From an uncultured Bacteroidota bacterium (GTDB taxonomy: Bacteria > Bacteroidota > Bacteroidia > Bacteroidales > B18-G4): 64,000 bases of DNA. Below the pieces are notes generated by a model. That model was not told where the DNA came from and searched no databases. It saw only the letters and a program-made list of their open reading frames with translations. Of the stretch, positions 9,834-19,407 are shown piece by piece. Location: the NCBI GenBank assembly GCA_963793485.1, contig CAWCAB010000002.1, positions 332,787 to 396,786 on the forward strand, in the 5' to 3' direction. Numbering within the stretch: position 1 is the stretch's first letter; every line of letters starts with the position of its first letter. The position numbers were made by a program, and so were the translations under genes.

Positions 9834-10898
9834 ATGAAAAATTCATTATCGTTTCTAATTCTGTTTTTTCTATTCGCAACAAGTATAGTTGCACAGGTTT
9901 TCCCAGGCCAGGATTGGTCATATAATAAAGATCCCGAATCGGATGGGTGGAATTCAAAAAAGATGGCAGAATTCAATCGATTCATTATTGACAGCACTGT
10001 TATAACCGGGTTTTTAATTATCCATGAAGGACAAATTGTTTTTGACTATGGCGACATTAAAGAGAACAGCTACATTGCTTCGTGTCGTAAAAGTGTGTTG
10101 TCTATGCTATTTGGAAAATATGTCGAAAATGGTGATATAAATTTGGACGAAACTATAAATGAGTTAGGTATTCAAGACGTAAAGGAAATGTTGCCAATTG
10201 AAAAAGAAGCAACCATTAAGGATTTAATTTCGGCACGCTCAGGTATATATTTAACGGGATCAAATGGAGGAGATTTTCGCGATTTCGCACCGGAAAGAGG
10301 AACTAAAGAACCGGGATCCTATTGGCTTTACAGCAATTATGATTTTAACTTGGCAGGTTACATTTTTGAGAAGGAAAGCGGTAAAAATATTTATGATGAT
10401 GTTGAAGACCAGCTGGCCATACCGCTTGAAATGCAGGATTGGGATAGATCCTTGCAACAAAAATATGAAGATCCAACAATATCAATATTCCCTGCTTACC
10501 ATATGTGGTTTTCAACAAGAGATATGGCTCGCATTGGTTTACTAATGCTCAATCGTGGTAAGTGGAATGACAAGCAAGTCATATCAGAAGATTGGGTGGA
10601 TGAGATGCTTACACTACGAACAACATCCGAAGAAATGATCGAAAATGTTCCAATATTGAAAGACCTATTTGGTCACTTTGGTTATGGATATATGTGGTGG
10701 CTATTTGAAAACCCGTCCGACGAAAGACTCAAAAATGCTTATTCTGCCCTTGGAGCACTGGGGCAAAGCATTAGTGTTTTTCCGGAAATCGATGTTGTCA
10801 TAGCCTATAAAACAAATTCAGTGTATGGAAAGAGTAATAGTGCTAGAATTACACAGCTACTATTAATTAATGCTGTTAAGATATATGAACCCCAATAA
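9834..10898 (+). CDS. Serine hydrolase, beta-lactamase (class C-like) family
   Basis: Signal peptide, an SxxK motif (ASCRKSV) and a YxN motif (LYSNYDF) at the expected spacing. Confidence 0.7.
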   Translation: MKNSLSFLILFFLFATSIVAQVFPGQDWSYNKDPESDGWNSKKMAEFNRFIIDSTVITGFLIIHEGQIVFDYGDIKENSYIASCRKSVLSMLFGKYVENGDINLDETINELGIQDVKEMLPIEKEATIKDLISARSGIYLTGSNGGDFRDFAPERGTKEPGSYWLYSNYDFNLAGYIFEKESGKNIYDDVEDQLAIPLEMQDWDRSLQQKYEDPTISIFPAYHMWFSTRDMARIGLLMLNRGKWNDKQVISEDWVDEMLTLRTTSEEMIENVPILKDLFGHFGYGYMWWLFENPSDERLKNAYSALGALGQSISVFPEIDVVIAYKTNSVYGKSNSARITQLLLINAVKIYEPQ

Positions 10899-10954
10899 CC
10901 AGCTACTAACAACAGCTCAAGGTTATTGTATAGATTTGGAACTCAGTTGCACCC

Positions 10955-11036
10955 ATTACGGCATAAATATTGGTATTAAAACCTAGAATAATAACCAGAT
11001 TCAGGATCCAATAAACGCAGTGATTTAAATATTTTT
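10955..11036. repeat. Intergenic ~82-bp repeat, copy 2
   Basis: attacggcataaatattggtattaaaacctagaataataaccagattcaggatccaataaacgcagtgatttaaatattttt is homologous to 8013..8094. The small-ORF frame is interrupted here. Confidence 0.65.
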
Positions 11037-11051
11037 TCAAAAAGATATATC

Positions 11052-12515
11052 ATGCATAAAAATCTAGTATTAGCGATTATAATACTTAGCTTTTTCTTCA
11101 AAATATCATTCGGACAGGAACAATCAAAAAGTGAACTCATCCCTCCGGCTGAACTAATAGAAGACTACAATTATATGCTTAGAACACTGGAAGAAACCCA
11201 CCCGGATTTATATGCATATATTTCAAAAGAGGAGTTTGTCGCTAAAACTGATGTCTTTCGGGAATCAATAGACAGGCCCATATCTGTAAGCGAGTTTTAC
11301 AAGATTCTGTATAAAACAATTGCATTGATAAAGCAGGGACATTCCATGGTTTTTGGTGATGCAGGCTTTGGTAAATTTAAGAATGAAGGAGGACTAAGCT
11401 TTCCCTTTAAAATAAGCTATTTCTTTGAGCATATATACATTGACCAAAACTATTCTCAAAATAAAGAACTGGTAAAAGGAACAGAGATAATTGCAATAAA
11501 CAGAATTCCTGTGAGCAGAATTATTGAGGATTTTACACCTTATTTAGTCGTTCGGCCCAACGGTTATATTGCAAAAACACTTGAGTATCACTGGCCGAAA
11601 TTATTATGGCTGGAATATGGGTTTAGCGATGATTTTATCATTAGCTATATCCTGCCTAACAGCGACGAAATAAATACTACAAACATAGACGGAGTGAAAA
11701 AAGAATTTATTATGAAAAATAATTCACCCCGCTATGAAAAGGATTTTGATTATCGTATTGAGCAAGAACGGGATCTAGCTTTAATGGAGATCAATACATT
11801 TGAGTTCCAGTTTGAGCGATACGATAGCCTTTTAAAAAGCTCATTCAAAGACATAAAACAAAGTGGAGTAAATAATCTTATTATTGACGTTAGAGCAAAT
11901 CATGGTGGGAATGGTAACCTTATTGGAACCCTGGTAGATTACCTAACTGACAACCCCTATATTACCGATGCTAAATCTCAGGTTAAGACAAGCGAAGCAA
12001 CGAAAAAGTGTTATACAACGCATCCAATATTTGTGAATGCAATTGAGCAAGCCAGAAAAGCAGAAGATAATTCATCTGAATTTATGGAATTGGTAAATTG
12101 TTTCCTGGAAAAGCCAGCAGGTACTATAACTACATTCCCGGAAAAAATAACTTCTCCTCAGGAGAATGAATATCGATTTCATGGAACCTTATATGTTCTT
12201 ACAAGTGCAAATACTTTCTCCGGAGGAACAGGATTCTCGGTAATTATTAAAGACAATGATATAGGATATATCGTTGGTAACGAGACCTCAGATAATCCAA
12301 CTGATTATGGTTGCATCATGTTATTTGAATTACCCAATACAAAAATTAATATTCAGAATTCAACACAATTCACCCTTCGCCCTGCCGGCTATGATGATGG
12401 CCGAGGCGTAATTCCGGATTTTAAAGTAGTCCCAACATATCGTGACCTGGTGAACGGATATGACAGGGTCATAAATTATACATACTGGCTGATTGAAGAA
12501 AAAATAACTGACTAA
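11052..12515 (+). CDS. S41-family (tail-specific protease-like) peptidase
   Basis: Signal peptide plus the motifs IIDVRANHGGNGN and VLTSANTFSGG, which are characteristic of Peptidase_S41. Confidence 0.7.
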   Translation: MHKNLVLAIIILSFFFKISFGQEQSKSELIPPAELIEDYNYMLRTLEETHPDLYAYISKEEFVAKTDVFRESIDRPISVSEFYKILYKTIALIKQGHSMVFGDAGFGKFKNEGGLSFPFKISYFFEHIYIDQNYSQNKELVKGTEIIAINRIPVSRIIEDFTPYLVVRPNGYIAKTLEYHWPKLLWLEYGFSDDFIISYILPNSDEINTTNIDGVKKEFIMKNNSPRYEKDFDYRIEQERDLALMEINTFEFQFERYDSLLKSSFKDIKQSGVNNLIIDVRANHGGNGNLIGTLVDYLTDNPYITDAKSQVKTSEATKKCYTTHPIFVNAIEQARKAEDNSSEFMELVNCFLEKPAGTITTFPEKITSPQENEYRFHGTLYVLTSANTFSGGTGFSVIIKDNDIGYIVGNETSDNPTDYGCIMLFELPNTKINIQNSTQFTLRPAGYDDGRGVIPDFKVVPTYRDLVNGYDRVINYTYWLIEEKITD

Positions 12516-12529
12516 ATAACTCAATAATT

Positions 12530-13540
12530 ATGAAGCATTTAATTCCATTTCTATTCGTGATCTTCCTATTTGGATGCAACACTGAAAAAACTGAAAATAA
12601 AGCAGATAGTTTTCCTGTATTGACCGGAAAGTATTTAGGACAACCCGAACCGGGACTTATCCCGGAAATATTTGCACCCAATATTGTGTCAACCGGAATG
12701 GATGAGATAAATGCTTGTTTTTCTTCTGACTATACAGAATTTTTATTCTCGGTAATCATGCCCGGCGGTAAATTTGTGATCATGTCCATGACATACAATG
12801 GGCAGCAATGGTCAGCACCGGAAGTAGCGAGTTTTTCGGGTGAATACTCTGAAGCAGATCCCTTTATTACGGCTGATGGAAAATACCTATACTATGTATC
12901 CAAACGCCCTATAGACAGCCTGCAAAAACCTAAAACAGATTGGGATATCTGGCGGGTGGAAAATATTGATGGAGAGTGGGCTAATCCGGAACACCTGGAC
13001 ACAAACATAAATTCAGATGCGGATGATATTTACCCTAGCCTCACAAAGGAAGGAACTTTATATTTTTCATCCGGAAGAGATGGAAGGAATAACCGGGATA
13101 TCTTCTACGCCAAAAGCAATGGAAATAGTTTTGAGCCTTGCATAAAAATGTGCGAAACGATTAACAAACGCTGGGAGGGAGATATTTTTATTTCTCCGGA
13201 TGAAGATTATATGATCTTCAAATCCTATGGCAGGGATGCCGGCTATGGTTTATATATTACATTCAATACCAACGGTGAATGGAGTGTTCCTCAAAATATG
13301 GGCAAAGAGATAAATAAAACAGGGCACGAAGGTTGTCCGATCCTTGATCCCGATGGCAAATATTTTTTCTTTACTTCAAGATACATTATACCAGAAGAAA
13401 CGTCAGGTGAAATATTGACTTATCAAAAGATTAAAGATGAATTTATAAGCTCACATAAATATCCGGGAAATGGCAAAACGGATGTTTACTGGGTGGATAG
13501 TAAAATTATTAATAGTTATAAGGAAAACCTAAACCAATAA
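12530..13540 (+). CDS. Lipoprotein with PD40/TolB-like beta-propeller repeats
   Basis: Lipobox LFGCN. Repeated motifs of the form ...ITADGKYLYYVS..., ...LYFSSGRDGRNNRDIFYA..., ...ISPDEDYMIFKS... and ...DPDGKYFFFTS.... Confidence 0.55.
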   Translation: MKHLIPFLFVIFLFGCNTEKTENKADSFPVLTGKYLGQPEPGLIPEIFAPNIVSTGMDEINACFSSDYTEFLFSVIMPGGKFVIMSMTYNGQQWSAPEVASFSGEYSEADPFITADGKYLYYVSKRPIDSLQKPKTDWDIWRVENIDGEWANPEHLDTNINSDADDIYPSLTKEGTLYFSSGRDGRNNRDIFYAKSNGNSFEPCIKMCETINKRWEGDIFISPDEDYMIFKSYGRDAGYGLYITFNTNGEWSVPQNMGKEINKTGHEGCPILDPDGKYFFFTSRYIIPEETSGEILTYQKIKDEFISSHKYPGNGKTDVYWVDSKIINSYKENLNQ

Positions 13541-13544
13541 CATT

Positions 13545-14030
13545 ATGAATATTTTTAATAAAATACTAGTTCTATTATCTGTCGTATCAATAAGTCTTAC
13601 ATCTTATGCCCAAACGAAGGATAATGATCAGACAAGTAGGGATGAAGTTTTCAGGGTATTGCAACAATTTCAAGATGGATATACCCAAAGAGATACTTTA
13701 GTAATTGACGAATTTCTTGAGATGTTTACGAATGACATCGTATATATGGGCGTTGCTTCACATGAATTCTTTAAGGGAAAGGAAAGTGTTCGAAAACTGA
13801 CTCTTTGGGACTGGAAAAAATGGTTTGACCTCAAAATTCCGGTAGAAAAAGTGGATATTCGGATAGATAATGCGGTAGCATGGTTTGAAGTTGTTGGAGA
13901 GAGTGGACCATGGAGAAATGGAAATACTTATGAGATACGAATGGTGGGATCATTAATATTAGAAAACAACAAATGGTTATTTAAGCAGATATGCTTTTCT
14001 TATCCTGCACCATTAAAAGAGGTAGAATGA
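13545..14030 (+). CDS. Secreted SnoaL-like/NTF2-fold protein
   Basis: Signal peptide, 161 aa, and an ...ENNKWLFKQICFS tail typical of DUF4440/SnoaL-like proteins. The 3' end overlaps the convergent gene by 31 nt. Confidence 0.45.
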   Translation: MNIFNKILVLLSVVSISLTSYAQTKDNDQTSRDEVFRVLQQFQDGYTQRDTLVIDEFLEMFTNDIVYMGVASHEFFKGKESVRKLTLWDWKKWFDLKIPVEKVDIRIDNAVAWFEVVGESGPWRNGNTYEIRMVGSLILENNKWLFKQICFSYPAPLKEVE

Positions 14031-15517
14031 AACTTACTGCTTTCTACTAGCTCACTAATTTCATTCAACAATTCCGTGATTTCGCTATTATCAGGATTTA
14101 ATTGTTGAGCCTTCAACAAGGCCTCTTTCGATAATGACAGTTCTTCATTTTCTTTATATGCGAAACCTAATTCATATTGGGCTTGCCACGAATCCGGATG
14201 CATTTCTGTGTTAAATTTCAATAGTGGAATTGCAGTCTCTATATATCTGTCAATAAACATCTTGCTTAAAAGATTTATCTCGTTTTCTTTTTCTTTAAAC
14301 GCTTCTTGATTTTCGTATAAGAAGCTTTTGGCAGTGTCAATCCCATTCGTTAATATTGAATTGCATAGTTGCATAATCATTGTATTATTACTCGACATAG
14401 GTTGAAAGTATTCACTTGCTTGAAGATCTAATTTTGACTCAGCAACCGCTGTAGGCTCAGCAAGTAAATATTCATCAAAAAATAGCAGCGCAATATTACA
14501 AATGGAATTATAACTGTTGCAGAAATAGTTCACTGATGAGGGAGATGAGCACAAGTCAAAAAATTTCCAATAAGAGATGAATCCACTATGTCCTAAATAA
14601 GGCATGCGAATAATATATTTATTGTCTGCAATTATTGAATTGTAGTATGGATAGATCGAAAAATTCTCAAAGTTATTTATGAGCAGGCAATATGGCACAT
14701 TCGTTTTTTCAAGATTAAAATCTTCTACCTTAAAAAGTGAATTATAGGCTCCATATTCCTGGCTACCATCCATACTGAATACGGCCTTTACGTTTTCATT
14801 TTTCATTTGAAAAATTGAAGTTGCTAAACCGCCACTACTAAATGCCATTAATCCCAAACCTGAGTATTCAATCTTCAAACTATCCTCAAAATAGCTAAGA
14901 ATGTATTCCATATCCTTTACCTGTGCCAGTATGCTTACCTGATCAATACCCCTTTCAATGGAATTTACTCCGGCTGAACCAACAGAAATAACCATATAAC
15001 CATAACTTGCTAAAAACTCACAGATTAGATGGTTTTGAACGGATGATTTACTATTGGATGGAGCATAGATAATCAATGGAAATTTCTCTTTAGTTTTTGA
15101 TATTGTTGCTCCTTGAAGAGCTACTACAGGACAATCTAATATTTGTTGAGTAGTAGTGTTGGTATCCAGGCCTAAATTTTGCCTGGCAAAGCCGGCATAG
15201 GCATTAACAAAATTGAAACTCTGTCCGTCAATTTCTGAATCAGGTTTATTATAATCTTCGCGAATTGCAATTAAGTCTATGTAATTCTTGAAATAATAAC
15301 TTTCCTTATTTGCATTCTCGTCGGAAGGATACCAATAATGAATTAGTAAGGGCCTGGAGATAGTATCATTATTCACAATGTACCTTCTGGAAACATCATA
15401 TGTTCTATGGGTTTTAAAGCCTACATCGTATGGGCCTTTTTCGATATTTTGGGCATGACCAAAACTACTTGATATGAGAAGGAAGAGAACGCTTAGATAT
15501 TGTATTTTACTCTTCAT
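14000..15517 (-). CDS. Secreted alpha/beta hydrolase with C-terminal TPR-like helical region
   Basis: Signal peptide and a nucleophile-elbow-like MAFSSGG. C-terminal helical repeats (...AQYELGFAYKENEELSLSKEALLKAQQLNPDNSE...). Confidence 0.5.
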   Translation of the reverse strand: MKSKIQYLSVLFLLISSSFGHAQNIEKGPYDVGFKTHRTYDVSRRYIVNNDTISRPLLIHYWYPSDENANKESYYFKNYIDLIAIREDYNKPDSEIDGQSFNFVNAYAGFARQNLGLDTNTTTQQILDCPVVALQGATISKTKEKFPLIIYAPSNSKSSVQNHLICEFLASYGYMVISVGSAGVNSIERGIDQVSILAQVKDMEYILSYFEDSLKIEYSGLGLMAFSSGGLATSIFQMKNENVKAVFSMDGSQEYGAYNSLFKVEDFNLEKTNVPYCLLINNFENFSIYPYYNSIIADNKYIIRMPYLGHSGFISYWKFFDLCSSPSSVNYFCNSYNSICNIALLFFDEYLLAEPTAVAESKLDLQASEYFQPMSSNNTMIMQLCNSILTNGIDTAKSFLYENQEAFKEKENEINLLSKMFIDRYIETAIPLLKFNTEMHPDSWQAQYELGFAYKENEELSLSKEALLKAQQLNPDNSEITELLNEISELVESSKFHSTSFNGAG

Positions 15518-15547
15518 AATAGCATGTTTTTCAGAAACATTTAATAT

Positions 15548-16762
15548 TTAAATCAATTCATTTATCGCATCGCGAATCTGCTTGTCAACAGTGCCTCTAT
15601 TATAGCCCCTTATTACTTTCCGGATTACCCGTTTTTCATCAAGAATAAAAAATACCGGGACTGATTGTACTTGATAACTTTTGCTCACCTCTTTGCTCGT
15701 CCTGATCAATGTATAGTTAATGTCGTTTCTATCCTGATATCTTAAAAGTGCATTCCATGATTGGCTCCAACATTCAATGCTTACAAAATCAAAATCCTCA
15801 GCTTCATATTCTGTTACCAATTGTTTTAAAAATGGAATTGATGCCTGACATGGGCCACAATTAACCCCCGTAAACTGAATCATGATCACTTTGCTTTTCA
15901 ATCCCTCAAGTGAAATTAGATTGCTATCCTTATCGCACAACACCCAATCCGATGCTTTTACTCCTTCAAAATTATCCGGAACTGCTCTTTTTTGCCGGTT
16001 GTACGCGTAAACCTTAAAGTCAGATGGGAAATGTTCTTTCGTTTTAAAGTTCTTGACATTGAGATGGTTCAATTTCACATTTTTAATGCTTTCTATGGTG
16101 ATCTGGCTGGGCAATTCCCTCCTGATACGATAAGGCAGTCCATCTGATTTATTTACCCATATATCATATTTTGAAACTTCGCCTATACTTGATCCATAGA
16201 GGGAAGGAAAATGAATAATTCGATTTCCAATAATGTCAACTATGGTGTCATAAATGCTTAAGCTAAATTGAATGGAATCCCCAAAATCAATCGATTCAAT
16301 GAGCAGGCTGTCTTCCGTTTCAAAAGCATATTGAATCAGTCTTTTGGCCCGGGTGAAAAATGGAGCGGTAAGTGGCCTGAAAGGCATTGGGTTGATTTGA
16401 AAACTATCTATCTCAATTGTTTTTCTTTCTCTACTGACAATCGTCCGCATATTTCCATCATAGCAAGATCCAAACTCAGAATAATCTTCCCCTGAAAAGT
16501 ATATAAAACTGGCGCCAACAAATGTATCGGACGGATTAATATACACTTCATAATAACGCTTAGCTATAAAATGAGGGATTGTGTCGCCGGGAGCAAAGGG
16601 CATGATTGTCGAATAATAAGAGGCAGACTCAATATGGTCAAGATTATTGAAAACCTCCTCCAGGAAGTCAATATCATTTTTTTCTGACAGGTAATTTCTT
16701 ACTAATAAAAATGAAACAAGTAAAACTGATATGGATGTACCAAGCAAAAATATTTTTTTCAT
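15548..16762 (-). CDS. TlpA-like thiol:disulfide oxidoreductase (thioredoxin fold) with N-terminal extension
   Basis: C-terminal domain with FTGVNCGPCQASIPFL (CxxC) and ...QVQSVPVFFILDEK.... The N-terminal ~250 aa are of unknown function. Confidence 0.7.
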   Translation of the reverse strand: MKKIFLLGTSISVLLVSFLLVRNYLSEKNDIDFLEEVFNNLDHIESASYYSTIMPFAPGDTIPHFIAKRYYEVYINPSDTFVGASFIYFSGEDYSEFGSCYDGNMRTIVSRERKTIEIDSFQINPMPFRPLTAPFFTRAKRLIQYAFETEDSLLIESIDFGDSIQFSLSIYDTIVDIIGNRIIHFPSLYGSSIGEVSKYDIWVNKSDGLPYRIRRELPSQITIESIKNVKLNHLNVKNFKTKEHFPSDFKVYAYNRQKRAVPDNFEGVKASDWVLCDKDSNLISLEGLKSKVIMIQFTGVNCGPCQASIPFLKQLVTEYEAEDFDFVSIECWSQSWNALLRYQDRNDINYTLIRTSKEVSKSYQVQSVPVFFILDEKRVIRKVIRGYNRGTVDKQIRDAINELI

Positions 16763-16774
16763 TGTAAGCTGTTT

Positions 16775-17770
16775 TTATTCAATCACCCACAGTAAATACT
16801 CATTCAGTAATTCTGTGAAATTTTCAGCAAAATTATGGCCCAGGCCTTCTGTTACTATTATCCTGCTTTGACCTCCAAGGCTATCAATTGTGTTAATTAA
16901 TATTTCTTGATTTTCTAATGCAAAATCATTCTCTCCGGTTATAATTCCAATCTTTTTGTTTTTTTCTACAAAATCCGTAGTCATTTCATCTGTAATATCC
17001 CGGGGGATAACCGGACAATTTAATACCAATCCTGTTGTCGGAAAATAATTATTCATTGTAAACTCAAGTGCTTTATACCCTCCGGCAGACATACCGGCAA
17101 AAATTATTTTAGCCTCATCAACAGGATAATCCGTTAAAATTTGCTTATAAATTTCTTCAAATTCCTTTTTGATTTTCTCATCTTTCGGTACCCATCTAAA
17201 ATCTATGGGAGAACTTGGAAAGTATGATTGTAAAAATACAGTTATAAACTCCTTATTCATTATCGGGGCATCCCACGACATTTTCGATTTCTCAATATTT
17301 CTGTTGTTGCCATGAAAAATGAAAAGTACGGGATAGGTCTTCTCAGGATTAAATCCGCTTGGCAATATTATCTCAGACTTTACATGCATGGTATCCATCC
17401 TGCTTTTCTCTATTTTAGCAAGTCTTTCAAAATCAGCATTATCCTTATAATATTCCTGGTAAGAAATGTTATTTAAACCATAGAAGTACCCTTTGTTAAT
17501 ACCCATTTCCCATATTTCAGTAGCTCTTGAATAATTGCCGGTTCTTGTGTAAACCTGAGCCAGTATTCTGGTTGAACTTCCCAATTCTTCGGGGAAATTT
17601 TCAAGGGCATACTCCAGGAGAATAATTGCGGAATCATTATTGCCGGCCCGCAAATAATTTATTGCCGAGCTTTCTAATTCATCATACGGCAGGTTTTCAT
17701 CAATCTGTCCGAAACAGCTAATCATGAAGCTAATAAAGATGAACTGTAATAAGAATATTCTTTTTGTCAT
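16775..17770 (-). CDS. Secreted esterase-type alpha/beta hydrolase with N-terminal TPR
   Basis: Signal peptide, TPR-like N-terminus, GxSxG elbow (FAGMSAGG) and a late His (GLGHNF). Confidence 0.6.
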   Translation of the reverse strand: MTKRIFLLQFIFISFMISCFGQIDENLPYDELESSAINYLRAGNNDSAIILLEYALENFPEELGSSTRILAQVYTRTGNYSRATEIWEMGINKGYFYGLNNISYQEYYKDNADFERLAKIEKSRMDTMHVKSEIILPSGFNPEKTYPVLFIFHGNNRNIEKSKMSWDAPIMNKEFITVFLQSYFPSSPIDFRWVPKDEKIKKEFEEIYKQILTDYPVDEAKIIFAGMSAGGYKALEFTMNNYFPTTGLVLNCPVIPRDITDEMTTDFVEKNKKIGIITGENDFALENQEILINTIDSLGGQSRIIVTEGLGHNFAENFTELLNEYLLWVIE

Positions 17771-17940
17771 GGGGGAATTGTTAGTGATGTAATAAGTTGA
17801 AAATCTATCCTATTTATGTAAATGATACGAATGAACTTTTAATTCTCAGATTTCTTCATTACAAATGCTGTGCCGCAAGCACTATGTAATTGATTGATTG
17901 CATTATATATAGGCAGTATAAATAAAAACCGGAGAAATGT

Positions 17941-17977
17941 GTAAATGTATTTTACACAAACTGTAAAATACATTTAC
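17941..17977 (-). terminator. Perfect 16-bp inverted repeat (GTAAATGTATTTTACA-caaac-TGTAAAATACATTTAC), either a terminator of the kinase/regulator operon or an operator
   Basis: Read directly from the sequence. It lies 39 nt downstream of the kinase stop (18016) and ~170 nt upstream of the start of gene 16775..17770. The stem is A/T-rich and no clean U-tract follows. Confidence 0.35.
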
Positions 17978-18015
17978 TTAGCAATGCTAATTGGGATGTG
18001 CTTCTTATTACCCAA

Positions 18016-19392
18016 TCAGGTATTTGGAAGAAACTCAGAGTTCAGAATAATGCTAAAGGATGTTAGTTTTTCCTTACCTGTGTTTAAAATGATATCACCT
18101 CCCATTTGTAATATTATTTGTTTACTAAGGCTTAATCCAATACCTGTCCCATTTTCCTTAGTCGTAAAAAACGGAACAAAAATCTGCTCTTTTATTTCCG
18201 GGGAAATTTGTGGCCCATTGTTGGAAATTTCAATTTTAACACTGCCCTCATTTTTGAGCAATTTAATACCTATTCGTGGGCTTACTGTATTTTCTATGAT
18301 CAGTACCTCCAAAGCATTTTTTAAGAGGTTGAGAATAACCTGAGACAGTAATTTCTCATCGGTAGAATACAGAATATCGTTGGGTATATCCTTCTCTATT
18401 TTTATGGTATGAAATCCCGGGTAAGCACTTGCAGCAATCAAATTACTTTCGATTAATGTACCTACGTTTACTTCTTTAAATTGTGGCTCTGGAAGCTTCG
18501 TAAATTTCCTGTAATTTTCAACAAAATTTATCAGACCCAGACCTCTTTCTTCAATCACTTCCAGGCCTTTAACAGTATTTGTAATAGTCGTTGCATCAAT
18601 ATCCTGCGAATTAATCGTTTTCTTATTGCTTATGAAATAGCCAGAAATTACCTTTGATAATGTGGTGATGGGGGCTATGTTATTCATAATTTCATGCGAT
18701 AGCGTACGTGCCAGTTTAATCCAGGAGTCGATTTCCCGGTTATCAAGCTCTTTCGTAATATCACTAACAGCCAGTAGTTTTATGGTATCCTTATTCGTTT
18801 TTATTTCTGACAGTTTAAACAAAAGTTTTTGCCCGGCCGGGTTTTCAAAAATTGTGGATCTCTTGTTTATTTGGCGGGAAGGATTCAAGATAAAATCAGG
18901 CAATTTTTTATCGATAACACTTAATGAATTAACATGTTGGTACTCATTTAAGCCGGTGAGTTTTATTGCAGCAGGGTTAATGTTTATGACTCTTCCCGTA
19001 TTGTCAATAGAAAAAAGTCCTGTGGCTGATTGGTCAATTACCGAACGATAATACTGTTCCTGCGTGCTGATATCTACTTTTATTTGCCTGAAGAGAATGT
19101 TTAGCCTTTCTATTCCCGAATATACCTCATCGATGGATTTGTTATTTGTTTTCGACGGTATCCTTAAAGTAGTATCATCATTTTCGATACCCATAAGGAA
19201 AGAAGCTATCCAATGATTTAAACCGTTAAAATATCGGATAATATTAATCACAGCGAAAATCAATAAAATCACCACCATGATGATGAAGACCAGTGACTGC
19301 TTTTCAAAATACAATATAGTAACAGTTGCCGAAAGCAATATGATGACTAACAGTCGAATGATTATGGCTCGATAGAAATGTTTGTATGACAT
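18016..19392 (-). CDS. Sensor histidine kinase (NtrB/ZraS-like, two N-terminal TM helices plus PAS)
   Basis: H-box LSHEIMNNIAPI, N-box LLKNALEV and G-boxes ISNNGPQI and GTGIGLSLSKQII. It lies 15 nt downstream of the sigma-54 response regulator. Confidence 0.8.
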   Translation of the reverse strand: MSYKHFYRAIIIRLLVIILLSATVTILYFEKQSLVFIIMVVILLIFAVINIIRYFNGLNHWIASFLMGIENDDTTLRIPSKTNNKSIDEVYSGIERLNILFRQIKVDISTQEQYYRSVIDQSATGLFSIDNTGRVININPAAIKLTGLNEYQHVNSLSVIDKKLPDFILNPSRQINKRSTIFENPAGQKLLFKLSEIKTNKDTIKLLAVSDITKELDNREIDSWIKLARTLSHEIMNNIAPITTLSKVISGYFISNKKTINSQDIDATTITNTVKGLEVIEERGLGLINFVENYRKFTKLPEPQFKEVNVGTLIESNLIAASAYPGFHTIKIEKDIPNDILYSTDEKLLSQVILNLLKNALEVLIIENTVSPRIGIKLLKNEGSVKIEISNNGPQISPEIKEQIFVPFFTTKENGTGIGLSLSKQIILQMGGDIILNTGKEKLTSFSIILNSEFLPNT

Positions 19393-19407
19393 CGATGAAA
19401 TAATAAA

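Noticed and set aside
13545-15517. 31-nt overlap of the 3' ends of convergent genes 13545..14030 and 14000..15517, as a possible antisense regulatory arrangement.
   Set aside because: Short convergent 3' overlaps are common, and nothing else in the sequence supports a special role.
8313-16762. Resemblance between lipoprotein 8313..9110 and the N-terminal extension of the TlpA-like protein 15548..16762, as possible paralogous LolA-like domains.
   Set aside because: It rests only on a loose pattern match by eye (...I.T..YY...). It needs a profile-profile or structural comparison before it can be claimed.
17945-18343. 132-aa plus-strand ORF.
   Set aside because: It overlaps the ATPase domain of the minus-strand histidine kinase, and its 5' part is the palindrome region. 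No support.
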